Assembly: GCF_000284115.1 (NCBI RefSeq)
Contig: NC_017080.1
Coordinates: forward strand, 3,240,001-3,272,000
DNA: 32,000 nt
Reading direction: 5' to 3'
Source of the DNA: Phycisphaera mikurensis NBRC 102666
GTDB taxonomy: Bacteria; Planctomycetota; Phycisphaerae; Phycisphaerales; Phycisphaeraceae
Shown: positions 8,162-16,373 of the stretch, one piece after another
How the letters are laid out: each line of letters starts with the position of its first letter
Position numbering within the stretch: position 1 is the stretch's first letter
Made by a program: the position numbers and the translations under genes
Notes under the pieces: model-generated
What the model was told of the DNA's origin: nothing
Databases searched by the model: none
What the model saw: the letters and a program-made list of their open reading frames with translations, nothing else

Positions 8162-9535
8162 ATGAATCGGACGCTGCCCACCCGCCCCCTCGCGCTCGCC
8201 GCCGCTCTCGCGGCTGTTTCCCCCGCCCTCGCCCACGGCCAAGCGACCGCGGCCAGCGAGGCCGAGATCCTTCGGCTGCAGGCCGAGGTCGCCGCGATGC
8301 GGGCCGAGATGGACGCGATGAAGGCCGGTGACGCCACGTGGATGGACGCGGACCGCGAGGCGCAGACCCGCCGCGTCGTGGAGGAGGCGATCGCCGAGGC
8401 GGACGTCACCGCCGGCAACACGGGCGCCGGTGGCGCGGTGGAGGGCGGCATGTCGGCCGGCTACAACGGCAAGAAGTTCGTGCTCGAGGGCGAGGGCTAC
8501 ACCATGGAGATCGGCGGGCAGCTGCAGTTCCGCTACGCCTTCAACCGCGACGCCGGCCGCGACGCGGGCACCGGCGACGCGTCCGACCTCGACGGCTTCG
8601 AGATGCGGCGGACCAAGCTCGGCTTCGAGGGCACGCTGCTCGACCCCGACCTGGAGTACACGCTGGTCTTCGCCGCCCCGCGCAACGGGGGCGACTTCTT
8701 CATCGAGGACGCCATCATCGGCTACACCTTCGAGAACGGCGTGGGCCTCCAGGCCGGCCTCTTCAAGCTGCCCTTCGCCTTCGAGGAGCTGCTGTCCAGC
8801 AAGCGGCAGCTCGCGGCGGACCGCGGCCTGTCCACCGAGTTCTTCACGCTCAACCGCGCCGAGCAGGTGCAGCTCTCGGTCCCGGTCGCGGACGTGGCGA
8901 AGACCTACCTCAGCTTCAGCGACGGCGGCAACCGCGCCAACACCGGGGCGCTGAACGACGCCACCGACTACGCCCTCACCGGCCGCGCCCAGTTCCGCCT
9001 CGCCGGGGACTGGGGCCAGGTGAAGGACCTCGTCGCCTTCGAGGACGAGTTCGCGCTCTTCGCCGGCGTGGCGGGCCACGTCGAGAAGGCCAAGGACCAG
9101 GGCGGCCTCGACGGCGACACCACCTTCGCGTACACCGGCGACGCGGTGATGAAGGTGCAGAACCTCGCGCTGATGGGCGCCTTCTACGGCGCCAGCGCCG
9201 ACGACGCCGACCTCAATCAGCTCGGCTTCCTCGCGCAGGCCGGCTACAACCTGACCGAGAAGCTGCAGCCCTTCGCCCGCTACGACTTCGTGGACAACGA
9301 CGTCACCGACGTCTCGGCCGTCACCGCCGGCTTCAACTACTTCTTCAACGGCCACAAAGCCAAGTTCACGCTGGACGGGATCTACGTGATCGAGCCCGAC
9401 GGCGACGTCGACGCGGGCGCCCTGGGCGGCCTCAACGGCGGCACCTACTCCAGCGGCCTGGGCCTCGACGACGACGGGCTCAACGGCGACGACTCGATGT
9501 TCGCGGTGCGGGCACAGTTCCAGCTGCTGTTCTAA
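8162..9535 (+). CDS. phosphate-selective (OprO/OprP-type) porin
   Basis: Signal peptide, coiled coil (EAEILRLQAEVAAMRAEMDAMK), then barrel with GGQLQFRYAF, FEMRRTKLGFEGTLLDPDLEYTLVF, AGLFKLPFAFEELLSSKRQLAADR and C-terminal FAVRAQFQLLF. Lies immediately upstream of phoB/phoR/phoU-like genes. Confidence 0.85.
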   Translation: MNRTLPTRPLALAAALAAVSPALAHGQATAASEAEILRLQAEVAAMRAEMDAMKAGDATWMDADREAQTRRVVEEAIAEADVTAGNTGAGGAVEGGMSAGYNGKKFVLEGEGYTMEIGGQLQFRYAFNRDAGRDAGTGDASDLDGFEMRRTKLGFEGTLLDPDLEYTLVFAAPRNGGDFFIEDAIIGYTFENGVGLQAGLFKLPFAFEELLSSKRQLAADRGLSTEFFTLNRAEQVQLSVPVADVAKTYLSFSDGGNRANTGALNDATDYALTGRAQFRLAGDWGQVKDLVAFEDEFALFAGVAGHVEKAKDQGGLDGDTTFAYTGDAVMKVQNLALMGAFYGASADDADLNQLGFLAQAGYNLTEKLQPFARYDFVDNDVTDVSAVTAGFNYFFNGHKAKFTLDGIYVIEPDGDVDAGALGGLNGGTYSSGLGLDDDGLNGDDSMFAVRAQFQLLF

Positions 9536-9740
9536 GGAGGACGCGACCGCAAGCGAGCGAAGCCGGGAGGCCCGAAGACGCGGAGCGTCGGGCAAGGTGC
9601 GGCGGCGACGCCGGCCGCCCCGTGTCCCGGATCCCGGATCCCGCCACCCGCACGACGCTCCGCTCGGCTCTTCAGGGGCTTGCCCCCCAGTCCCCGGCGT
9701 CTTCCCCACCGGAACACGCCGCATTTTCCAGAGCGACGCC

Positions 9741-10442
9741 ATGTCCGATCCCGCCCCCGCCCGCATCCTTCTCGTCGAGGACGAGCTCGACCTGCTCGAG
9801 CTCCTCCGCTTCAACCTCGAGCGGGAGGGGTACGACGTGGTGGCGGCCCAGACCGGCGCCGCGGCGCTCGCCGCCGCCCGGGCCGAAGCCCTCGATCTCG
9901 TCCTGCTCGACCGCATGCTCCCGGGCATGGAGGGCCTGGAGATCTGCCGCACGCTGCGCAAGCGCACCGAGACGGCGCGGGTGCCGATCATCATGCTCAC
10001 CGCCAAGGGCGAGGAGGCCGACGTCGTCAAGGGGCTCGAGGCCGGGGCGGACGACTACGTCACCAAGCCGTTCTCGCCGCGGGTGCTGCTCGCGCGGATC
10101 CGCGCGGTGCTCCGCCGGGGCGAGGCGGGGGAGAACGATCCCGCCAAGCTCAGCGCCGGCGGGGTGAGCCTCGACCGCGAGCGGCACGCGGTGACGGCCG
10201 ACGGCGAGCCGGTGGACCTGACGGCGACGGAGTTCAAGCTGCTGGCGCTGCTGCTGTCGCGGCCCGGACGCGTCTTCACGCGTCAGCAGATCATCGAGCG
10301 CATCCACGAAGGCTTCGCCGCCGTCACCGACCGTAGCGTGGACGTGCAGGTCGTCGCCCTGCGACGGAAGCTGCTCTCGCGCGGCGATCGGCTCGAGACG
10401 GTCCGCGGGGTGGGCTATCGCTTCGCAGAAGACCGAGACTGA
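9741..10442 (+). CDS. phoB: winged-helix response regulator, PhoB/OmpR family
   Basis: ILLVEDELDLLELL, DLVLLDRMLPGMEGLE, IIMLTAKGEE, DDYVTKPFSPRVLLARI receiver motifs; C-terminal DLTATEFKLLALLLSRPGRVFTRQQIIERI...RSVDVQVVALRRKLL...ETVRGVGYRFAE; followed by phoR and phoU. Confidence 0.88.
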   Translation: MSDPAPARILLVEDELDLLELLRFNLEREGYDVVAAQTGAAALAAARAEALDLVLLDRMLPGMEGLEICRTLRKRTETARVPIIMLTAKGEEADVVKGLEAGADDYVTKPFSPRVLLARIRAVLRRGEAGENDPAKLSAGGVSLDRERHAVTADGEPVDLTATEFKLLALLLSRPGRVFTRQQIIERIHEGFAAVTDRSVDVQVVALRRKLLSRGDRLETVRGVGYRFAEDRD

Positions 10443-10444
10443 CC

Positions 10445-11869
10445 GTGGCCAGCCCTTCTTCGCCGATCATCGCCGTTGCGACCCCGTTCCTCGCGGCGGC
10501 AGTCGCCGCGGGCGGGCTGCTCCTGCTCGCCGCCGCGGCGGCGCTCGTCGCTTCGCTGCTTGGGCGCCTCGGGGAGGCGCGGCGCCAGGCGGCGGACGCC
10601 GCCGCCGAGGCGGCGCGGCTGCGCGACCGGCTCGGCAGCGAGAGCCTGCGGCGGGCCGAGGCCGACGCGACGCTGGCCTCGATGAGCGACGCGATGATCG
10701 CCGTCGACACCGGCGGCGCGGTGCTGCGGATCAACCGCTCCGCCGGCCGCCTGCTGCTGGTCGCTCCCGACGCCGCCCGCGGCCGGCCGCTGACCGAGGT
10801 GGCGCGCGACCCGGCCATCTCCGCCCTCTTCGCCGACACGCTCGACCGCCGCGCGGTCGACGACCGCGAGCTCAAGCTGGCGGTGGCCGACCAGCCGCTG
10901 GACCGGCCCCGCCGCCTGTCCGCCCGCACCGCGGTGCTGCACGACGAGGCCGGCGCCCGCATCGGCGCGATTGCGGTGCTGCGTGACGTGACCGAGCTGC
11001 GGCGGCTCGAGGGCGTCCGCAAGGACTTCGTCGCCAACGTGTCGCACGAACTCAAGACGCCGATCGCCGCGATGAAGGCCGCCGTGGAGACGCTGCTCGA
11101 CGGCGCCGACGAAACGCCCGCCGACCGGCTCCGCTTCCTGCGGATGGCCGCGCGCCAGGCCGAGCGGCTCGACGCCATCATCGAGGACCTCCTGACGCTC
11201 GCCCGCCTCGAGGGCTCGCCCCGGCGGCTCGAGCTCGCCGCCGAGTGGGTCGGTCCGATCCTCGCGGCCGCCGCGGACGCCTGCGCTCCCGCGGCCGAGG
11301 AAGCGGGCGTGCGCGTGGTCGTGAACTGCGAGCCGGGCCTGCTCGCGCTGGTGCAGCCCAACCTCGCCGAGCAGGCGGTCGTGAACCTCCTCGACAACGC
11401 CATCAAGTACGGCCCCGCCGGCGGCACCGTCCGCGTCGACGCCGGCCCCGGCGCCTCCCCCGGGTCCACCGCGATCCGCGTCCACAACGGCGGCCCGGGC
11501 ATCCCCGAGGACCACCTCGCCCGCCTCTTCGAGCGGTTCTACCGGGTCGATCCCTCGCGTAGCCGATCCGGCGGCGGCACGGGCCTGGGCCTGTCGATCG
11601 TGCGGCACGTGGCGGAGGCGTGCGGCGGCGGCGTGGCGGTGGCCTCGCCCCCGGGCGAAGGCACCACCTTTACCCTCACCCTCCTGGGCCCCCCGGAGCC
11701 CGCGGGCGCAGAGGAAGCCGCGGTGGCGAAGAAGACCGATCCAGGAGGCGAAGCGCCGCGGGACGAGCCGGCCGCGCCGGCCAGAGCGCGCCTTGGTTCC
11801 CTCGCCTCCCTGCTGACGCCCTCCATCGTTCTCGTGCTCGCTCTCCCCTTCCCCACCGACCTCCTATGA
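10445..11869 (+). CDS. phoR: sensor histidine kinase, PhoR-like
   Basis: N-terminal hydrophobic region; PAS-like SMSDAMIAVDTGGAVLRINRSAGRLL; H-box DFVANVSHELKTPIAAMKAAVETLLD; N box NLLDNAIKYGP; G boxes GPGIPEDHLARLFERFYRVD and GGTGLGLSIVRH. Confidence 0.88.
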   Translation: MASPSSPIIAVATPFLAAAVAAGGLLLLAAAAALVASLLGRLGEARRQAADAAAEAARLRDRLGSESLRRAEADATLASMSDAMIAVDTGGAVLRINRSAGRLLLVAPDAARGRPLTEVARDPAISALFADTLDRRAVDDRELKLAVADQPLDRPRRLSARTAVLHDEAGARIGAIAVLRDVTELRRLEGVRKDFVANVSHELKTPIAAMKAAVETLLDGADETPADRLRFLRMAARQAERLDAIIEDLLTLARLEGSPRRLELAAEWVGPILAAAADACAPAAEEAGVRVVVNCEPGLLALVQPNLAEQAVVNLLDNAIKYGPAGGTVRVDAGPGASPGSTAIRVHNGGPGIPEDHLARLFERFYRVDPSRSRSGGGTGLGLSIVRHVAEACGGGVAVASPPGEGTTFTLTLLGPPEPAGAEEAAVAKKTDPGGEAPRDEPAAPARARLGSLASLLTPSIVLVLALPFPTDLL

Positions 11870-12588
11870 GCGTTTTCCTCCAGAAACAGATCGACAAGCT
11901 GAAGAAGCAGGTCCTCGAGATCGGTGCCTGCTGCGAGGAGGCGCTGCGGGACGCCGTGGTGTCCGTGCTCGAGCGGGACCCCGACCTTGCCGAGCGCGTC
12001 ATCGCGCGCGACACGCGGATCGACCTGCTCGAGGTCGAGCTCGAGGAGGAGTGCCTGCACACCCTCGCGCTCCACCAGCCCGTCGCGTTCGACCTCCGCT
12101 ACGTCGTCGCCGTCCTCAAGATCAACAACGACCTCGAACGCATCGGCGACCACGCCAAGAGCATCGCCCAGCAGGCGATCTTCCTGTGCGACGAGCCCGC
12201 GATCGACCGGCCGCCCTTCGATCTCCGCGAGATGAGCGGCGTCACCGCGAAGATGCTGCGCAGCGCCCTGGATGCGTTGGTCGGCCTCGACGTCGACGAG
12301 GCGAAGGCGGTCCGCAAGCTCGACAAGACGGTCGATCGCATCAACGCCGCGATGTACGACGACGTCATCGCCGCCATGCGGAAGTCGCCTGAGCACATGG
12401 AGCAGCTGGTTCACTTCATGAACATCTCGCGGCAGCTCGAGCGAACCGCCGACCACGCCTGCAACGTCGCCAAGGACGTGCGGTACATGGCCGAGGGCGA
12501 GATCTTCCGGCACATGCGGAAGCGGCGGCAGGCCGCCGAGCAGGCCGAAGCGATCGCTGCGGCGGAAGCGGATCCGGCGGAAGACTGA
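11866..12588 (+). CDS. phoU: phosphate signalling complex protein PhoU
   Basis: QVLEIGACCEEALRDAVVSVLERDPDLAERVIARDTRID...EEECLHTLALHQPVAFDLRYVVAVLKINNDLERIGDHAKSIA...MNISRQLERTADHACNVAKDVRYMAEGEIFRH. The start overlaps the phoR stop (ATGA). Confidence 0.93.
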   Translation: MSVFLQKQIDKLKKQVLEIGACCEEALRDAVVSVLERDPDLAERVIARDTRIDLLEVELEEECLHTLALHQPVAFDLRYVVAVLKINNDLERIGDHAKSIAQQAIFLCDEPAIDRPPFDLREMSGVTAKMLRSALDALVGLDVDEAKAVRKLDKTVDRINAAMYDDVIAAMRKSPEHMEQLVHFMNISRQLERTADHACNVAKDVRYMAEGEIFRHMRKRRQAAEQAEAIAAAEADPAED

Positions 12589-12842
12589 GCGGCCCCGAGG
12601 GCGGCGCCGGCGACGCGCCGCCCGGCCGCGGAGGGGAGGAACGCGCGACGGAGAAGCCACGCGCTTCCCGCAGCGTCCGCCTGCGCGCCCGCGGCGCTTC
12701 CGGACCCGCCCCGGCCGCGACGACGCTCGCGACTCGCAGAAAAGCCGCGGACCGTGGGCGTTCTCGACGAAAACACGCCACCGTCCGCGGCTCGGTCGCG
12801 GGCGCCGCACGGACACCCCGCAAGCGACCGCCGGCACGCCGC

Positions 12843-12870
12843 TTGACCCGCGGCGGCGACGAGGTATGAT
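12843..12870 (+). promoter_or_regulatory. near-consensus sigma70-type promoter for the PEP-CTERM gene
   Basis: TTGACC (12843-12848), 16-nt spacer, TATGAT (12865-12870), then an AT-richer leader and GGAG (12911-12914) before ATG 12923. Confidence 0.65.
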
Positions 12871-12922
12871 ACAAAAGCTGTTACACATTGTGCATTTGTC
12901 ACATCCTTTCGGAGACCTGGAA

Positions 12923-13744
12923 ATGAAGATCGTCCCCACCACCCCCGCCCTCCTGCTCGCCGCCGCCACCGCCGTGCCCGCCGCGGCGGCCCCGGTGACG
13001 CTGGGTGACTTCACCCGCCTCGGAGCCGACACCGACGCCACCGTCTCGTTCAGCGGCAACACCGGCGGGACGGTGGCTTACAACGCCAACGGCGAGCCGC
13101 GGGTGGACGTCGGCATCGTGTCGTCGCTTACCGAGGCGGCCACCTTCACGCAGGTCGGCGACAAGATCACCTTCAGCGGCACCTACGACAGCATCACCAC
13201 GAGTGCTTCTTCGAACAACGCGTTTTACAACGGCTTCCTGTTCAACAGCGTCGCGGCGCCGCGCAACGGGAGCGGCGAGGTGCTGAAGGTCAACCTGGGC
13301 TACGGCTCCGACAGCGCCGGCGACGCCCGCTTCACGAGGATCGGCAACAACAGCGCCTTCGCCGGCGGCAGCGCCTTCGCCGGCGAGGTCATCTTCGAGG
13401 ACGACCAGAAGTTCGCCACGGGCAATGCGGTCGATTTCGTCTACACCCTCGAGCTGACGGGCATCGGGGCGGGCACCTCGGCTTCCTTCGACTACCAGTT
13501 CACCGCGGAGTTCGCCGCGACGGCGACGTCGGGTGCCGCCTCGATCACGGCGGCCGTCAACGGCGTGGGCACCGACACCGTCACCGCCGTGTACGCGGCG
13601 ACCAACAACGGCAGCTTCTTCAACCCGAACGACACGTGGACGCTCGGCAACGCCGCGGTCGACTTCACCCCCGTTCCCGAGCCCGCCTCGGCGCTCCTCC
13701 TCGCCGCCGGCGGCCTGGTGATGCTGCGTCGCCGCTCCGCCTGA
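12923..13744 (+). CDS. PEP-CTERM sorting domain-containing secreted/surface protein
   Basis: Signal peptide MKIVPTTPALLLAAATAVPAAAA; C-terminal VPEPASALLLAAGGLVMLRRRSA is a classic VPEP + TM + basic tail. Confidence 0.92.
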   Translation: MKIVPTTPALLLAAATAVPAAAAPVTLGDFTRLGADTDATVSFSGNTGGTVAYNANGEPRVDVGIVSSLTEAATFTQVGDKITFSGTYDSITTSASSNNAFYNGFLFNSVAAPRNGSGEVLKVNLGYGSDSAGDARFTRIGNNSAFAGGSAFAGEVIFEDDQKFATGNAVDFVYTLELTGIGAGTSASFDYQFTAEFAATATSGAASITAAVNGVGTDTVTAVYAATNNGSFFNPNDTWTLGNAAVDFTPVPEPASALLLAAGGLVMLRRRSA

Positions 13745-13787
13745 GCGTCGCGGCCTGCCGCGGCCGGACCGGCAAGACCCAGATCGC

Positions 13788-13820
13788 AAGAGGGGCCGTC
13801 TTCCGGGGGCGGCCCTTCTT
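13788..13820. terminator. terminator hairpin between convergent genes
   Basis: AAGAGGGGCCG (13788-13798) / CGGCCCTTCTT (13810-13820): 10 of 11 positions pair around an 11-nt loop, with a weak T-rich 3' arm. Confidence 0.6.
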
Positions 13821-14001
13821 CATGCGCGGGGAAGCCGGAACACAGCAGGCGGCGCCGGACCTCTTCGCGTCCCGCCCCCCGCGGGGCAGGTCGGCGACCC
13901 ACCCCGCGGACCGGAGCCGCGACGCCCCGGCCGACCGCGACGCGTTCCGCACGCCCGGGGGCCGCTTCTCGCCACCACTTCCGCCGCTCCGACGATCCGG
14001 C

Positions 14002-14187
14002 TCACGCCGGCTCGGCGTGGCGCTCGGGCCTGGAATCCGGCACCGGATCCGGCTCCGGTGCGTGCTGCGGCTCCGGCCGCGCGGCCTCCGGGCGCGGGTC
14101 GCCGGCCGGCGTGACGAGAAGCCCGGACACGCCGGCGGCGAGGAGCAGCGCGCTTCCGGAGAGCTCCCGGAGCGGTGGGAGGTGCAT
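14002..14187 (-). CDS. candidate 61-aa single-TM micro-protein, translationally coupled to the upstream gene
   Basis: MHLPPLRELSGSALLLAAGVSGLLVTPAGDPRPEAARPEPQHAPEPDPVPDSRPERHAEPA: hydrophobic segment plus Pro/Glu-rich tail. The ATG overlaps the stop of the upstream gene in TGATG, the same junction as between the two preceding genes. Confidence 0.4.
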   Translation of the reverse strand: MHLPPLRELSGSALLLAAGVSGLLVTPAGDPRPEAARPEPQHAPEPDPVPDSRPERHAEPA

Positions 14188-16373
14188 CACTCGGTGGGAG
14201 CCCGCTGGCTGCCGGAGGCCGCGAGGGGGAAGACGTCCTCGTAGAAGGGCGTCGCGGCGGCGTGGTCGGCGGGGTCGTCGCTGAAGACGACGACGGCGTG
14301 GCCGTGCGGCGGAAGCTCGAAGCCGAGGTCGACGGCGCCGCCCTCCGCCCGCCGCGTCTCCGCCCCGGCGGCGTCCTCCCGCTGCACCGAGGCGAGCGCG
14401 TGCGCCGTCGCCGCGGTGGCGGCGTAGGCCTGCGGCCGATCGGTGAGGTTGTGGACGAGCCGGAACGCCCGCCCCGCTTCGGCGACCTCCAGCACGGCGA
14501 AGCGGTCGTCGCCCGGCAGGAGGTTCTCGGCGCGGTCAGCCGCGGGCCAGCCGGCGTGGTGAGACTCGAGGATCGCCCAGCGGGTGCTGCCGCCCGTGTA
14601 CGCCGTCCGCTCCTCCGCGGGGAGCGCCGCCTGGTCCGACAGCGTCAGCTGCACGGCGAAGTCGTCCGCGGGGCTGCCGGTGATGCCGAAGCGCTCGACG
14701 GAGACGAGCCCGCCGAAGGAGGAACCGCGGACCGCGAGCCGCAGGTCGCCGAAGGACCAGCGGTCCGCGGCGGTCTCCACGAAGTCGCGCCGCTCCCCGC
14801 TGACTTTCCGCCGGCCGGACGTCAGCATCACGCGGGCATCGGTGCCGTAGGCGTCGGTGTCCTCGTCCGCCCGCAGCTGCACGAGGCCGACCACCCGCTG
14901 CGGCGTCATCAGCCAGAGCTGCCGGCCGGTCCAGGGGATGCCGGGACCCCAGGGCCCATCCGCCCGCGACGAGGTGCGCTCCGACAGCGTGTAGGCGGTG
15001 GCGAGGGAGCCGAAGCCCGGGCGGGCCAGGGTGGCGGTCTCCTCGTCCTGCGCAAGAAAGCGGTGCTTCCTGCCGCGGGCGCGGTCGGTCTCCTCGCCGC
15101 GGGCGTGGCGGACGCGGACGGTGACCGCGTCCAGCGCCGCGTGCAGCGAGCCGTTGCGCAGCATCGGGCCGGTGAGGAAGGCCCCCACGAAGGTGCCCTT
15201 GCCGCACATCGCACCCTCCACGCCGGCCGGCTCCCCGGGGTGCTCGGGCGGCCGCACCTGCGGGTCGCGGCCCACGCCCACGAAGCCCCACGAGCCGAAC
15301 CGGCCGCGGGGGCCGGCGATCGACCGGTCGTGCACCACGAAGCCGTCGGGCGGAGCCAGCGGCTCGACCCCCGGGCGGAAGTGGATGGCTTGGAGCAGCG
15401 TGTACTCCGGGTGCGGCTCCGCCTCCACCTCCTGGCCGAAGAAGCGGTTGAGGCGATCGCCGAAGAGGTGGCTCTTGAGCAGCGCCGCGTGCCGGCCGCG
15501 GATGCCGTTGTAGCTGTGCTTGTAGGCGATGGAGGACGACTGCTCCTGGAAGCCGCTGGGCTCCACCGACAGCGGGACGTGCGGGAGCGTCGCTTCCATC
15601 GCGGCGTGCATCGTCGGCGAGCCCGAGAGCGTCCACCACCACGCCATCGCGGCGATGCTCACGTTGTGGTAGGTCGGGCATTCGGGGTGGAAGCCCACGT
15701 AGTGCGTGCCGCCGTCGCCGGTGACGGCGCGGGTCATGAGGCCGTCGAGGGCGGCGGCGGTCGCCCGCCGGACCTCCGCGTCGCCGAGCGCGACGCCGGC
15801 GAAGTGAGCCCCGAGCGTGAGGCGGATGTCGCCGTTGAGCCAGAGGTCGGCGAGCAGGCCCCCGCCGCGGAAGAGGGTCGCGCGGTCCTCGAGCACGAAG
15901 TCGGCGTGGGCCCGGGCCCCCGCGTCCCAGGCCTCCGCCACGCCGGCGACCGCCTCGGGGCGGTGCCGCTTGAGCAAGGCGTACGCGTACATCGTCTGGA
16001 AGACGCCGCTGATGTCGTTGAGCCGCTCGCCCGCGGCGTGCGCGTCGAAGCGCAGCCCCAGGAGTCGAAGCAGCCGGTCGAGCACCGCGTCGTCGCCGAG
16101 CCGCGGGCTCTGCGGGTGCAGGAAGGCGTACGCGGCGAGCAGGATCTCGTCGCCCTCCTTGAAGCCCCGGCCCGTGGCCTCGGCGTCCCCCGCTCGGACG
16201 CCGTCGAACACCCGCGCGAAGTGCGGGGCTTCGGCGTTCAGCGGCGGGAAGGCCAGCACGTCGCGGCCGGGCGCGGGCTCGAAGCGGGCGTGGGCGGGCA
16301 GCACGGAACCCAGCGCCGCGACGGCGAGGATCACGAGCCCGAGCGTGCGGGGGCGGCGTTGCTTCGGCTTCAT
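14187..16373 (-). CDS. large secreted protein of unknown specificity; possibly polysaccharide lyase-like (helical toroid plus beta-sandwich)
   Basis: Signal peptide MKPKQRRPRTLGLVILAVAALGSVLPAHA; helical region with HNVSIAAMAWWWTLSGSPTMHAAMEATLPH and EQSSSIAYKHSYNGIRGRHAALLKSHLFGDRLNRFF; beta-rich C-terminus. Directly coupled to the heparinase-like gene. The rest of the 14187..19328 ORF is a shadow. Confidence 0.75.
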   Translation of the reverse strand: MKPKQRRPRTLGLVILAVAALGSVLPAHARFEPAPGRDVLAFPPLNAEAPHFARVFDGVRAGDAEATGRGFKEGDEILLAAYAFLHPQSPRLGDDAVLDRLLRLLGLRFDAHAAGERLNDISGVFQTMYAYALLKRHRPEAVAGVAEAWDAGARAHADFVLEDRATLFRGGGLLADLWLNGDIRLTLGAHFAGVALGDAEVRRATAAALDGLMTRAVTGDGGTHYVGFHPECPTYHNVSIAAMAWWWTLSGSPTMHAAMEATLPHVPLSVEPSGFQEQSSSIAYKHSYNGIRGRHAALLKSHLFGDRLNRFFGQEVEAEPHPEYTLLQAIHFRPGVEPLAPPDGFVVHDRSIAGPRGRFGSWGFVGVGRDPQVRPPEHPGEPAGVEGAMCGKGTFVGAFLTGPMLRNGSLHAALDAVTVRVRHARGEETDRARGRKHRFLAQDEETATLARPGFGSLATAYTLSERTSSRADGPWGPGIPWTGRQLWLMTPQRVVGLVQLRADEDTDAYGTDARVMLTSGRRKVSGERRDFVETAADRWSFGDLRLAVRGSSFGGLVSVERFGITGSPADDFAVQLTLSDQAALPAEERTAYTGGSTRWAILESHHAGWPAADRAENLLPGDDRFAVLEVAEAGRAFRLVHNLTDRPQAYAATAATAHALASVQREDAAGAETRRAEGGAVDLGFELPPHGHAVVVFSDDPADHAAATPFYEDVFPLAASGSQRAPTE

